The position numbers were made by a program, and so were the translations under genes. The notes under the pieces were generated by a model. The model was given only the letters and a program-made list of their open reading frames with translations. It was not told the DNA's origin and ran no database searches. Below, in pieces: positions 37,543 to 50,990 of a stretch of 64,000 nt of DNA (the first letter of the stretch is position 1; each line of letters opens with the position of its first letter). This stretch comes from Lingula anatina (taxonomy: Eukaryota; Animalia; Brachiopoda), in NCBI GenBank assembly GCA_051362555.1, contig CM120647.1, forward strand, positions 15,414,651-15,478,650. Direction: 5' to 3'.

Positions 37543-38099
37543 ACTACAACAACAGTACTTAAGTTATAAGCTAATGTATGTAGTTTGCTTTAATTCAAGG
37601 AATACTGAAAGAAATACACGTAGCCAATTTTCAACGAGGTGTTTTTTAATATCAGCATTCAGTCTGAGCAGAAAGCCAGGACAGGTGCTGGTAGTTAAAG
37701 TTTATATAAATAACAATATAATAATAGCAGTATGATGATATAGGCCTACACAGGTAATGCGTAGGGAATAATTGTGTGCACATAAGCTTTTTCCGGTGGG
37801 GTAGGTAGTGAATCTGCATAGAAATAAGCATGAGATCCCCCGTTGTTGTATATGTTATGCTGGTAATACCTCGACATCTTAGCCTAGTATATGTAATACA
37901 TAGGTAATTACTAGGATCAGTTAAAAGAGGACAAACATACGTAGGCCCAACATGCAGCAATACACATACCTTTAATATAAATACAATTAGTTCTGCCAGA
38001 GGCATGTTCACAATCGAAATACTACTAGCAACGTGCAACCCTTTCTTTAAACTAAGTAAGGCTCTTTTCACAACTAAGTTGTATTATCTGAGCTGGAGT

Positions 38100-38650
38100 T
38101 GTTTAATTATAGTTGTCTTTAGCTTTTGTTTTACTCATAACTAACAATTTGGAATTTAATTTTTTCACTATATTTTAATTCTTATCTTATTGAAAACTGT
38201 TACCAAGCAAAAACTATCAGTCTTCAACAAGGAAACACACAGAATAACGTCGACTTGAGATATGGTCCTAGCAAGATATTTTCTGTTTCAAACATTTCCT
38301 CAATCATTATTACGTAACTCAACGCAATAAAACAATTACCATTTGTTAAAGCGTCTTCTAATGACAAGTATTACCTGCTTGTTCAAAGTCCTTCCTGTTT
38401 AATGCAAGCTACTAGCACATTTATATATGCACTTCTTTTTTTTTTACAAGTACGCAAGCTTCCTTTATTCTGTAATATACACGGGACAATTTTGAAAATA
38501 AAAAAGTCAACATTTTTGTTGTTGTAGTAAAACTGAAACTGACACACAATAATAATTTTATGATTTATTATAAAACATCTGCTGTTAATTGGCGAGGAGG
38601 ATGTTATTTTCTAGCAAATGAATCTACCACGTACATACATGATAAACAAA
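38100..38650 (-). other. Inverted distal upstream module of copy F
   Basis: Reverse complement of the distal promoter block seen on the plus strand at e.g. 9860-10300. Boundaries are approximate. Confidence 0.7.
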
Positions 38651-39076
38651 TATAAAGAGAGTTAGATTCCCCTTTTAAAATTTAAATTTAAATAATGAAA
38701 AAATGCAAATTAAATGAGGTTGTGGTTATTACTTGTATGTAATAAAATTGGTTTTTTAGTTTTTTGCTAAACTGTTAAGTTTGGGAACTAAAGGAAGGAG
38801 AAGAGAAAAAAATGAGAGAGCGCTTCTGCTTTTAGACGTCGCTTTGACAAATGATAATGATTTTCTTGCGTAACACCGTGTACAAATGATTAAGGGGAGT
38901 TTGAAACAGAAAATACCTTGCTGGGGCCATATGTCATGACAATGTTATTCTGTGTTTCTTTGTTGAAGACAAATAGGGATTTGCTCGCACAGAAACGTAT
39001 AAATAGCGACTTGGGTTGCAAATCTCATCATAGAGAACTGATCCAGTCTCCTGCTACGACAACTTCCTTTGGAACA

Positions 39077-40542
39077 ATGAAGTCTTGCGCTCTTCTTGTG
39101 CTCTTGGTGCTCTTTGCCACTGTTGTCATAGAAGGTGAGAGGCACACAGTATTAATAATGACTTGAAATGAAAACTCTGAAGCAAAGAAAATAGATATGT
39201 CAGAACTGAGACCGAAAACTAGTCAGACGGTATCTCCGCTAGGGCGAGATTTAATTAGAAATGTTACCTCAGTATGACGTAACTTTACCAAAAGAGGTCG
39301 TGATCAATATCACACCCAAAAAGATAAATTAAAAATGTAAAATAGTTTATACATAAATAACAGTATCCAACTTAAGAAAGCGACAGTGTTAAGTAATTCA
39401 GACCTTACAGATAGGCAGTTACGAGTTCTTACTAACAGTGGTAATTTGCTTCCTTTTGAAACTCAATGAAACTTAAGGACCATTCCCAGACCCTATCGCA
39501 CTAACTGTGGGTTGATCTATCTCCTAGGGTATTCTCATTTTATTGCAATCAACTTAAGCGGCTTAGTTGTCTTTCACGCCTACTGAAGCTGCTAGGGAGT
39601 AATTAATTATCGTTTATCAGCTTCAGTAAACGTGCCAGACCTCCAAGCCGCTTAAGCTGAAAGCAATTTAGCGAAAAATTCCTTGGAAATGGCTCGATCC
39701 TTGTAGTTCAATCTAGGTATGGGAACCCAGTATAATAATTCAAGTTAGAGATATCTAATTTGTATGCACAACCATTTTAGTCTCTTCTATGAGGGGTGAC
39801 TGTTCTTTGTATTTCACTCTCAAAAATAAGCTAAAACAACCAAAAAAATTATGTGTCACTACCAACAAATACCGATCAGAAATTGAATTGAATCGAGACC
39901 ATAAAAATGTATTTGGAGTTCACAAGGGCATGGATAGTGCCACTCATTACCCATTCCTAAAGCCTAGGTCCCAACTACGTTTTGGACGCACGTTTTTTTG
40001 GTTCCTTGCGTCCGGCTAGGACGTAGCTAAATCGCACGTAGCAGCTGTTGATCATGTCGAAAAGTTACTACGTGCTGTTTGCGTCCTCCAAAAGTCGCAC
40101 GATGGACTTGCTCCTCACGCACGAACTCCCACGTTTTCCCCATTTTTTTGGCCGTAGACCACAAGTAGCAGCCCCTACGTTCGGTTGGGACCTAGGCTTA
40201 AGCAAATTTGGAAAGAACACACATTTTAGGTTCCACTATGTTGCTTTCCTTCATTAAAATTTGAATTGAGAAATTACGCGTAAATTAAATGCATATGGAC
40301 TTTCAGTAACACCTTTATATTTTGTATTTTTTATTTTGATATTAGACACAGCCGGACAAAGTGTAGCGCGTGCTACGTGCTACTGCTGTGGTCATATTTG
40401 TCATACCAACCAGGGGAGATGCTACTGCATCGGAAGGCGCCCATATTGCCGCTGTGCTGCGATCGATGATAAATGGTGCTGTGATCCCATTGTTCATGCC
40501 AGTATTTTCATTAATATAAATTCAGACCAGCTACTTATTTAA
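39077..40542 (+). CDS. Cys-rich secreted peptide, copy F (84 aa if read through)
   Basis: TATAAA 38998; exon 1 39077-39134; exon 2 from 40346 reads DTAGQSVARATCYCCGHICHTNQGRCYCIGRRPYCRCAAIDDKWCCDPIVHASIFININSDQLLI*. The 3' end is uncertain. Exon-3-like segment at 41059. Confidence 0.8.
39477..39730. mobile_element. MITE in intron 1 of copy F (family of 588-832)
   Basis: gaccattccca...tgggaacc, clearly homologous to 588-832. Confidence 0.65.
39961..40198. mobile_element. PIF/Harbinger-type MITE
   Basis: TAA|AGCCTAGGTCCCAAC...GTTGGGACCTAGGCT|TAA. Paralogous introns show the empty site attcctaagc. Confidence 0.85.
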
Positions 40543-40808
40543 CATAAAAATGTTGATAAATGTGCTTATCTGAGACTGATTAAACCGATTAGTAAATTCC
40601 ACAAGTCAATTTGGTGATATTGTTGTTAGAGATTATGAGAAGGAATTAATGGCTCATTAAAACAAAGTGTACTGACTCCACAGAAAAGTTTTTTTCATAA
40701 CAGATTAAGTTTGCCCAAATGCATCAGTTTCAAGACTGAAAAAAAAAAAAAAAAACAGATAAACGTTTTTTAGTTTTTTTCGACAAAGTGTGTGTGTGTG
40801 TGTGTGTG

Positions 40809-40844
<36 letters not shown>

Positions 40845-40896
40845 AGAGAGAGAGAGAGAGAGAGAGAGATGAGAGTGAGGGACAGAGAAAGCCATG

Positions 40897-40931
<35 letters not shown>

Positions 40932-41569
40932 AGATTATATTATCTAATGCAACCATATTATGTTCATTCAAGTAAGTTAATAAAACAAATTCATATTGAG
41001 TTGTATATGGTTAGTTAAATGCAACAGCGTATTATTTTACAGTTTTTTTTGTTTTCAGAATAGCCACCCGTCGAGAGGAACCATGACCAGTTGAACATAC
41101 GGAAGAAAACAGGAAACTAGTCACTCAGCTAAATGTAAAGCTGCTGTATTTGGACATTTTTTTGGACTTTTTTGTGAATTTTAAGTTCAACAATAAGTGG
41201 TCACAATAAAGGTTGTAGTAAATGCGCTGTATTTACTGCATCGTCAAAGCTCAGGATTTATTTTCTTTATCGTTGTTAGAAATCGTTTGAATGCTTAGTA
41301 CGTTTATTACACCGATGGGCAATGCACTAAAATTTAGAATCTCTAAAATTAATCTCATAAACATGAATGAAAAAGTATACCTATCAAGTTCGCTTAATTG
41401 AAATCAAAAGCACTAACTTAAGTTATAGTAATGATTGGGTAATTTTGCGCACAGGTTAGTCATATAAATAAATAAATAAATAAATAAATAAATACGGTTA
41501 TTACATATTTTACCAAGAAATAATGCTAGGTGATAACTCTTTGAAAATGACATTACAAGAAACGAAATA

Positions 41570-42015
41570 GTATACTAGTGCAAATTATATGTACGTGCTG
41601 TCGAACACTGACAAAAAGTTTGCAGATGTTTTCTTCTGGCTTTTTTTCACATTCTCTCATTAATATAAAATCATATAAGCCAAAAGCAATACAAATATTA
41701 TGCCTTTTGTTTTCCTTGGTACATGTAACTAAGTTGGTGTATGTTTTCATGAACTTCCTAAGTGACGTTTTTGCTCCAATTCCTCCACCGCACTGCTCTT
41801 CTGATACACGTTTTCCACGAGGTCTACAAGACCATGTCGCCACCTCTAGGCCGTACATCCCTTTGAACCGCCTTTGTACCTCGCCCCCTTCACTTTATCC
41901 ATTAAATTTTTGGTGTCGGTCTTCAATTTTGCCATATAAGGACATAAGGAATTCGTACTGGATGTATTTGAGATACATCTGTGATGAAAAGCCCGAAACC
42001 TCCGTTGATTCATGA
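41570..42015 (+). pseudogene. Decayed GPCR remnant
   Basis: Ends YLRYICDEKPETSVDS like the 2361/8246 copies; the upstream part is frameshifted. Confidence 0.65.
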
Positions 42016-42399
42016 ATTTAAGAACAGTTTTTAAATCATAAACATATGTATGTGGTTTGCTGTAATTCAAGGAACAACGAAAGATATACACGTAGCCCCT
42101 TTTCAACGAGGCGTTCAATCTGAGCAGAAAACCAGCACATGTGCTGTTTGTTATAGTATATATAACTAGCAATATACAGACTTGACATTTAATATGGAAT
42201 ATTTCAAAGATAAACCTGGGTAAAAATGCATGATATTTTTTTCGAAAACACCCGATCTCTTATAAGATATGCATTGTTCTGTCAAAAAATTATCCGTATG
42301 TCGGCAACTACTTCATAAAAGAATTTGAATTTCAGGTACAAGAGATCGGATTTGCAGTGCGTAAAATGAACTAAGCAGTGCTTTACAAAATTGTTGATC

Positions 42400-43030
42400 T
42401 GTAGCAGAATTTTGCGCAAAGGCAAACATTGGCAGACAGATTGTTGCTCCAAAAGGAACAGTCTGCACAGTTTAACAGAGTAATGTCCAGACTGGTGTAC
42501 CTACACAGAGGATACGGCCAATTTATCAAAATCTAACCACAAGGATACAGGAACCACTGTCTTTCGGGATATGCTGCTGCAACTAACCAAATACCACCCA
42601 GTCCGTTCATGAGGGGTAAATTGCCACCAAAACGCGTTTTTCAAGGACGTTAGCGGACACTAAACTGCTTTTAACAGGTTACTGGTTTTAACAAGTTAGA
42701 ATACCAGGCGACCTCCGAGGAACCCACTGTAAACAGTAAAACACTGTCATCTGTTTCTCTAATGAATTGGAGACCATGACCGTTTCTGGGTAGAGCACTG
42801 AAACCACGTACGAGGCTTACTTTACTGAGGTCAGATTTCACCTGTACTACTCAACTAGCCAAAATAGAGTTTACGAACACCCAGAAGAAGCTTACGACGA
42901 AGCGTGTGCCGCGTCTAAGGTGACCACAGTCGTTGACAACATCAGTATTTGGAGTTGATACCACATTGGTGCCAAAACACCAATGGTAGTCATCGGCATG
43001 AACCTGAATTAGATCAAATAAAGGAATAAT
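42400..43030 (+). pseudogene. Degraded Tc1 transposase, related to 15200-16120
   Basis: YFTEVRFHL (FSDESRF-like) and IWS*YHIGAKTPMVVIGMNLN*IK align with VWAGFYSGAKTLLVAIDGNLNQIK of the other remnant. Confidence 0.65.
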
Positions 43031-43237
43031 CTGGGAACCACTTGACTATCATTGTCACCACTAAGCCATATTTCACACAACCCTCACATCTTTGTGCATG
43101 TAACAGTTACAGCGTGCCCATAAAGCAGCATCTAAAATGATCTTCCTTAGAGACGCTTCCATGTGTTTCAAAACGAGTGTCTTTACACCGCCCTGTATTT
43201 AATGCTACATAAACAACCCAATTAAAAATAGACGATA

Positions 43238-44207
43238 AGGCCACACTTTTTTAATTTTATGGATGACATCCTGCGCACGCATGGATTTTCACCCGTTCTC
43301 CAAAAAAAAAAAAAAAAAAAAAAGCCCCCCCCCAGCCCCCAACGAAGTCGGTTGTCGCAAACATTGTTATTGAATTTGCAAGGAAATGAGCTTTCTGCGC
43401 ATGCGTATTTTCGCCACGTGGAAATGCGGCCACTTTGCTGTCAAATTCATCTCTAGGATTACTTTCAAATTACACAACAATAAAAGTCATAAAGAGAACG
43501 GGTGCCATCGTTTTGGATTGGTATGCCATTGATATTGGGCATGGAGATATCACCTTTTTACAATTGTGCGAAAGGCTGGCGGCGGCCGAAACATTTCTGT
43601 GACATTCTGTATAAAGCAGCACATTAATACCAGGTTTTCTGTAGCGAAAAAACGGTCGACAAGGGCGTCGAGGTATTTGGTGGGCTGAAGGTCGGACAGG
43701 CCACCTGACAGTTTAGCTGCTTCGTGTGAGTAGAAGTTGACAAAATGGCATCGTCTGAAATGACCTTTAATAGATTTGGTAGTATTAAGCATATCTTTGC
43801 ATCATTTTTTAAACATTTCTGTGAAGTGTTCAAAATGTTTTTATATTCTGAGAATACAAATAAAGACACACTGTTTGATTGATATTTGTTTTATTGATTG
43901 CTATACCAAATGAATGCATGAAATAACCTTAAATAGATTTGGTAATATGAAGTATATCAATTCATGACTTTTTTTTACATTTCTACGAAGTATTTACAAT
44001 GCTTTAATATTTTGAGAGCATGGATAAAGACATATTGTTAGTTTGATACGTGTTTCTGTGGTTAAATTTGTGTTTCCAGCTGTGTACTGACAGCATTCCT
44101 TTACTTAAGCAGTTTTTTTTTTTTTGGACTGTTTTTTTTTTCGCCCTCTCGCACCGATTTTGGGGTACCCAGAGGATGTCATCCATAAAAATAAAAAAGT
44201 GTGGCCT
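43238..44207. mobile_element. Unclassified non-autonomous TIR element
   Basis: AGGCCACACTTTTTT.ATTTTATGGATGACATCCT ... AGGATGTCATCCATAAAAATAAAAAAGTGTGGCCT. Absent in paralogous units. Confidence 0.75.
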
Positions 44208-44809
44208 AATTATCCTTCTGCACGACGCTTGGAAACTGAATTAAGACACGCAATGGCCGTTAAACCTTATTTTTTTTTATATTAGGAAACTAATTTTACT
44301 GGAAATTTCAGAACTTTTCCATAAATCCCAGACTTTTTATCATGTTTTGTAAATAGAATCAGGCAATATAATATTTATTAGTTGAAAACGGGTTCATAAA
44401 TTATGAAGTCACATTGGTGGTCGTTTTAAGGCATATCTGCTGAAATTACCATTGAGATTAATCTTGAGTTTTATAATTGTTAAACATGCGCCACTTGTCC
44501 TTGACATTTAGAAACTTAATTGTTTACATACCACCTCAGATGCGGAGCACAATAATGTAATGAGGGCAGATGGTTAGCGCCTCTAGCGGGCGTTAATTAA
44601 CTGTTTATAAAGAAAATAAATTGACTAATTTCCATTGAATTTGTAATTTTTTTATCATGTACGTGGTAGATTTATTTGCTAGAAAGTGACATCTTCCTCG
44701 CCAATCAACAGTAAATGTTGTACAACAATAACAAAGGGTTGACTTTATTTTCGAATTTGTTCCGTGTGCATTCAAAATAGAAGAAAGCATGTACACTTAA
44801 AAAGAAGTG

Positions 44810-44859
<50 letters not shown>

Positions 44860-45802
44860 TGGTGGACTGCTGGTACACTTTGGACAAGCAGGTAATATCT
44901 GTCGGTAGAAGACGCTTTAACAAATGGTCATTGCTTTATTACGTTGAGTTGTGTAATAATGATAAAGGAAATGTTTGAAACAAAATATCTTGTTGGGACA
45001 ATATCTCATGTCGACGTTATTCTGTATATTTCCTTGTTGAAGACTGATAATTTTGCTCGATAACAGAGAGAATTCAAATGGAAAACTGGAGTGAATTATC
45101 TAAATTTTGAAAGTTTTAGGTATTTTTTACAAATTCTGTGAATATTCTCGCTTTTCTCACGATCTGGTTTTCTCAATATCCAGAGGTAGATTTTCAATAA
45201 GATGAGAAATAAGATATAGTGAAAATTAAATTCCAAAATTATAAATTATGAGTAAAATAAAATGAAAGCTAAAAACAAATTAAAATAATCTTAAATTAGT
45301 TTAAGGTAAATGCACAGTTCTTTGAAGATGTTGTACGAAAGATGTGAATACGTCTGGTCTATTACAAATGCATCTTTGCTTGCCTTTATCTTATTAGTTC
45401 GATATCAGATAGTAAGATTTAATTAAAATAATGAAACTATGCAAATTAAATTAAGTTGAGGTTATCACTTGTATGTAAAACAAATTGGAATTTTACCACG
45501 ACAAAAAGGGTAATGGTGACAAAATTGTTTAGGTTGAAAAATGAGAGAGCGCTTCTGCTTTTAGACGTTGCTTTGACAAATGATAATGATTTTGTTGCAT
45601 AACACCGTGTACAGTCGAGGAAAAGTTGGAAACAGAATATACCTTCCTGGGTCCATATTTCATGACAATTTTATTCTGTGTTTCCTTAATGAAGATTGAT
45701 AGGGATTTGCTTGCACTGAAACGTATAAATAGCGGCTTGGGTTGCAAATCTCATCGTAGAGAACTGATCCAGTCTCCTGCTACGACAACTTCCATTGGAA
45801 AA

Positions 45803-46761
45803 ATGAAGTCGTGCGCTCTTCTTGTGCTCTTGCATGGTGCTCTTTGTTGCTGTTGTCATAGAAGTGAGAGACACAAAGTATTTAATTAAAAGTATTTAAT
45901 AATGACTTGAAGTGTAAAATCTGAAGCGAAGAAAAGGGGTACGTCAGAACTGAGATCGTAATCTAGGCAGACGTTATCTCCGCTAGGGGGGAATTTAATC
46001 TGAAATGTTACATTAGTATGTCGTAATTTGACCAAAAGAGGTTGTGATCAAAATCACACCCAATAAGATATACTAAAAATGTAAAATTGTTTAAACATAA
46101 ATTACAGCATCCAACTAAATAAAGTGCAGTGTTCAGTAATTCAAAATTTGCAGATAGACGTGAGTGCTTACTGACAGTGGTATTTTGCTTCCCTTTGAAA
46201 CACAAAGTGAAACGTATAATTCTGCCTTAATTTGTATTTCCATAAACTATCTTGACACTGTCAAGATAGAAAATATCTCAATATATATGCAAATTCATTA
46301 TAGTATCTTCTATGAGAAATGTCTGTTCTTTGTATTTCACTCTCAAAAATAAGCTAAAACAGCCAAAAAGATTATTTGTCACTACCGACAAATACCGGTA
46401 AGAAATTGAATGGAATGGAGACCAGAAAAATGTATTTGGAGTTCACAAGGGCATGGATAGTGCCACGCATTACCCACTACTAAGCAAAGTTGGAAAGAAC
46501 GCACACTTTAAGTTCCACTATGTTGCTTTCCTTCATTAACATTTGAATTGAGAAATTACGCGTAAAATAAATGCACATGGACTTTCAGTAACACCTTTAT
46601 ATTTTGCATTTTTTATTTTGATATAAGACACAGCCGGACAAAGTATAGCGCGTGCTACGTGCTCCTGCTGTGGACAAACATGTCATACCGACCATGGGAC
46701 TTGCTACTGCGTCGGCAAGCCCCCAAATTGCCGCTGTGGTGCCAGCGATTACACAAAATAA
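45803..46761 (+). CDS. Cys-rich peptide, copy G (64 aa, altered signal peptide)
   Basis: TATAAA 45724; exon 1 45803-45863 (61 nt, A|GTGAGA); exon 2 46628-46761. Protein MKSCALLVLLHGALCCCCHR-NTAGQSIARATCSCCGQTCHTDHGTCYCVGKPPNCRCGASDYTK*. Exon-3-like segment at 47335. Confidence 0.7.
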
Positions 46762-47130
46762 ATGGTGCTGTGATCACATTGTTCATGCCAGTATTTTCAC
46801 TAATATATATTCAGACCAGCTACTTTTTTTAACATAAATATGTTGATAACTGTGCTTATCTGAGACTGATAAAACCGATTATTAAATTCCACAAGTCAAT
46901 TTGGTGATATTGTTGTTAGAGATTATGAGAAGGAATTAATGGCTCATTTAAACAAAGTGTACTGACTCCACAGAAAAGTTTTTCTTTTCATAACAAATTA
47001 AGTTTGCCTAAATGCATTAGTTTAAAGACCGAAACAGAAAACCGAGATAAACGTTTCTTGAATTTTTTTTTTCAAGAAAGAAAGAGAGAGAGGAGAGAAA
47101 ATGAGAGTGAGCTGAGACAGAGGAAGCCAT

Positions 47131-47201
<71 letters not shown>

Positions 47202-48355
47202 ATTATCTAAGGCAACCACATTATGTTCATTCAAGTAACTTAGTAGAACAAATGCATATTGAATTATATATGGTCATATTAATGCAACGGTTTGTTATTT
47301 TACAGTTTAAAATTAATTTTTTTTTTGTTTTCAGGATAGCCGCCCGTCCAAAGTAAGCATGACCAGTTGGACATACGGAAGAAAACAGGAAATTAGTCAC
47401 TCAGCTAAATGTACAGCTGCTGTATTTGGACTTTTTTGTGAATTTTGAGTTCAACAATAAATGGTCATAATAAAGAATGTAGTAAATACGCTGTATTTAC
47501 TGCATTGTCAAAGCTCTAATTTTACTGCCTTTGTCGTTGTTGGAAATCGTTTGAATGCTTGATATGTGTATTAAGCCAATGTGTCATTAGCATTAATATT
47601 AGAGGCTCTATCATTTATTTCGTAAAAATGGATGAAAAACTAAATTCATCAAGTTCGCTTTCTTTAAACGGAATGCATATATATTACCTTCAGATGTAGT
47701 TATGGTGGGGCAATTTTGTGCATATAACAGGTTAGTCATATCAAATTTTTTTGTGGCCATTGTTATGATATATTATAAAATGTATTTATGTATCATTAAA
47801 ACAATGGCTACAGCTGACTCTGCAGAAAAAAAATAAAAACATATTTTTTCATAACAATTACCGTTTGCCGAAAGGCATAAGTTTAATGACCAAAGCAAAA
47901 ATAGCGACACAAATGTTTTTTTTTTAAGAGAGAGAGAGAGAGAGAGAGCCATGGTGTGCATGCGTGCGTGTGTTCGAGTGATAAATAAATAATTACCCTA
48001 CGATACACTTACTTAATGAAATTATAATCGCCAATATTTGCTAGGACCAAAAGATGTGAAGTATTTTCGATGACATTTTTTAAAACAATTTGTGTTACTG
48101 AAATAAGGGAGATATCTTGCTTATATAAGTGACATAAGATATCACCTGGAATTCTGACAAAACTGTAATGATAATATTTAAAAAAATATGAAGCATATTT
48201 ATCATATTTAGTAGTCTGATTCTTCATATATACGTGCATATTTATTTTTATCTGTGTTCTTGCTTATGCATTAAATTTGATAAACTGATTCACATACCAA
48301 CAGACTGGTTTATCATCGTCGTAAAAGACGCAGGGGCTTCCATTGTTACATTGTA

Positions 48356-48522
48356 CAAGGGGTGGATCCAGAGATATTTTCTGAAAGTCTTCTAAATTAT
48401 TTTTGTTGGTCCATCCTACATTTTTGACCGTCTACTGACAGAAAAATAGATACCCGTCAATCTAAACTTGAAAATCTGACCTTTTTTCCGAAAGACCAAG
48501 AAGACTGCCTAAATCCGCCCCT
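48356..48522. mobile_element. MITE, family of 7427-7590
   Basis: ggggtggatccag...aaatccgcccctg, flanked by ttgta on both sides. Confidence 0.7.
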
Positions 48523-48632
48523 GTTGTACGTATTAGCTTCCCCCAAACCAAGGATTTCTCTTCTAACTACATATGATATCAAGAAATAATATTATAAGAT
48601 AATTTGATGCAAATGACACTTGAAGAAACGGA

Positions 48633-48776
48633 CTCTTTAATGGTCTCTCCGCCTCTCACTCGGCTCCCCACGCGTCGTCCCTCGACCGGTTGAATTGAGA
48701 AGAGATTTAATTAGTGTGCCCCTGCAGAGACGACGCACGGGGAGGCATGTGAGAGGCGGAAAGACAATTAAAGGAT
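48633..48776. repeat. GC-rich foldback (MITE-like hairpin)
   Basis: tctttaatggtctctccgcctctcac...cgtcgtc pairs with gacgacg...gtgagaggcggaaagacaattaaagg. Confidence 0.7.
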
Positions 48777-49479
48777 TACGCGGTTTTCCTTTCATGTAGG
48801 TCCGACATATTTAGGTCTAGTCCTTGCTAGACCTCGGCACTTCTCGATGTAAATGCTCTCTATTTGACCCAAATCCTGTAAAATTCAGTTTAGAATTCAG
48901 GTCTACCTAAAAAAAAAAAAAAAAAAATAAATCATTGTTCTGAACAATTAGGAATGTCATTTTGTGACAACAACGATGCAATCGTTCATAAAATGGAAGT
49001 CTATTTATATACCAGACAAAATGTTCCGTTAATTAATGAATAAAGAAATATTACAAAAGGGAAAAGCACTCTTAAAATGCAAATCTCACATCTTCCCTCG
49101 TAATTGGACTCAGTTGCCATGAGTCATGTTAAATATGATATCTAGAATTAAATCACTGGTGAAAATGGTGAAAATGGTGAACAGATGTGAGATGATCAAA
49201 CAAACACGTGATTTAGGGTGATTAAATTTGTACACACACAATACAAAATGTTTTGCATTATTTCATTTTTACTGGCATTTTGTCATACACCTACCGAAAA
49301 TCGAGGACAGTAGCACTGCATGGAGCGTTATGATTCCTTCGACACGTACTGCTGTTATAAGCAGTTGGAATGATTTGTGCTCCACTCTGCGTATTAAAAG
49401 TTTGGCTCAATTTCACTGCCATCGTATTTTGCCGCCTCCTGTTTTCGGCGACGCCTACAAGAGCGTGTTGCAACCACTA

Positions 49480-50110
49480 GGCCGTATTGCCCACGACTCT
49501 TATAACCGTTGACACCTTTGTGCATGTTACAGCTATAACATTCCCATAAAGCACGATCTAAAAGGATCTTTCTGCGAGACGTTTCCATTTGTTTCAAAAT
49601 AAGTGTCTTTACAGCACGATGCATGCAATGCTATTTAAGCACATAATGCTTATAAAGTGACAATTTGACTTTTGCACGACGTTTCGTATCAGATTTAGGT
49701 AGCACAATAAACGTTAAACATTAGTCTATACATAAGAACGATATTTACTGTAAATTTCGAATTTTTTTTTTATTTTGTAAATGGAAAAAAATACTGTAAA
49801 TTTCAAACCTTGTCTATTAATCCGAAATTTATTTATATTTTTAATTGGAATGTGGAAATATGAATATTTATAAGTTGAAAACGTGTTCACAAATTGTGAC
49901 ATTATCACGTTGGTGATCGATTCAAGGCAAATCTGCTGACGTTTCCAAGGTAGGTGATCTTAGGCTTTATAATGGTCTAACATGAATTACTTTTCTTTGA
50001 AATTTTGAAACTAAATTGCCTATATTCCATCTCGGATGCGGAGAACAATACTGTAATGAGGACAGAAAGCATCTCTAGCAGGCGTTTATTAAATGTCTGT
50101 AAACAAAAAC

Positions 50111-50141
<31 letters not shown>

Positions 50142-50990
50142 CTAATTTCGATTGAATTTGCAAATTTGTTTTTTATGTAGATTCATTTGTTAGAAAGCAA
50201 CATCCTCCTCACCAATCAACAGCAGATGATTTAGAATAGTAAATTTATTATTGCGTGTCATTGACGGTTTTACTACAACGACAAAAAGGGTCGACTTTTT
50301 ACTTTCAAAATTGTCCGGTGTGTATTAAAGAATAAAGGAAGCATGTACACTTGTAGAAAAAAAAAGAAGTGCAGAAATAAATGTGCTGGTAGATTGCATT
50401 AAAGAGGAAGGACTTTAAAGAAACTAGTGATACTCTTATTAAAAGACGCTTTAACAAATGGTTATTGTTTTATTACGTTGAGTTGTGTAATAATGATTAA
50501 GGAAATGTTTAAAAAGAAAATACCTTGCTAGGACCATATCTAATGTCGACGTTATTCTGTATGTTTCTTTGGTGAAGACTGATACTTTTTGCTTGGTAAC
50601 AGAGAAAAACAAATGGAAAACTGGAGTGAATTTTCTTTATTTTGAAAGTTTAAGACATATATATATTTAGAAATGCTGTGAATATTCTCGCTTGCGATTT
50701 AAAGATAATACATTGCGGCACGATATGGTTTTCACAATTACCAGGGGTCGATATTCGATAAGATAAGATATAAAATATAATGAAAAATTAAAATTCCAAA
50801 ATTGTAAGTTATGAGTAAAACCAAATAAAGGCTAAAAACATTAATAATTGAATTTAAAAAAATTTATTAAGTTTAAGGTAAATGCACAGCTCTTTCTAGA
50901 TGTTGTACGAAAGATTTGAATACGACTGGTTTAATGCAAATGCATCTTTGCGTGCTTTTATCTTATGCGTACCAGTTCGATATTAAAAAG
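49480..50990 (+). other. Truncated repeat unit: distal upstream region with no gene
   Basis: Homologous to the distal upstream block of the other copies, but ends before the proximal module, TATA box and exon 1. Confidence 0.65.
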
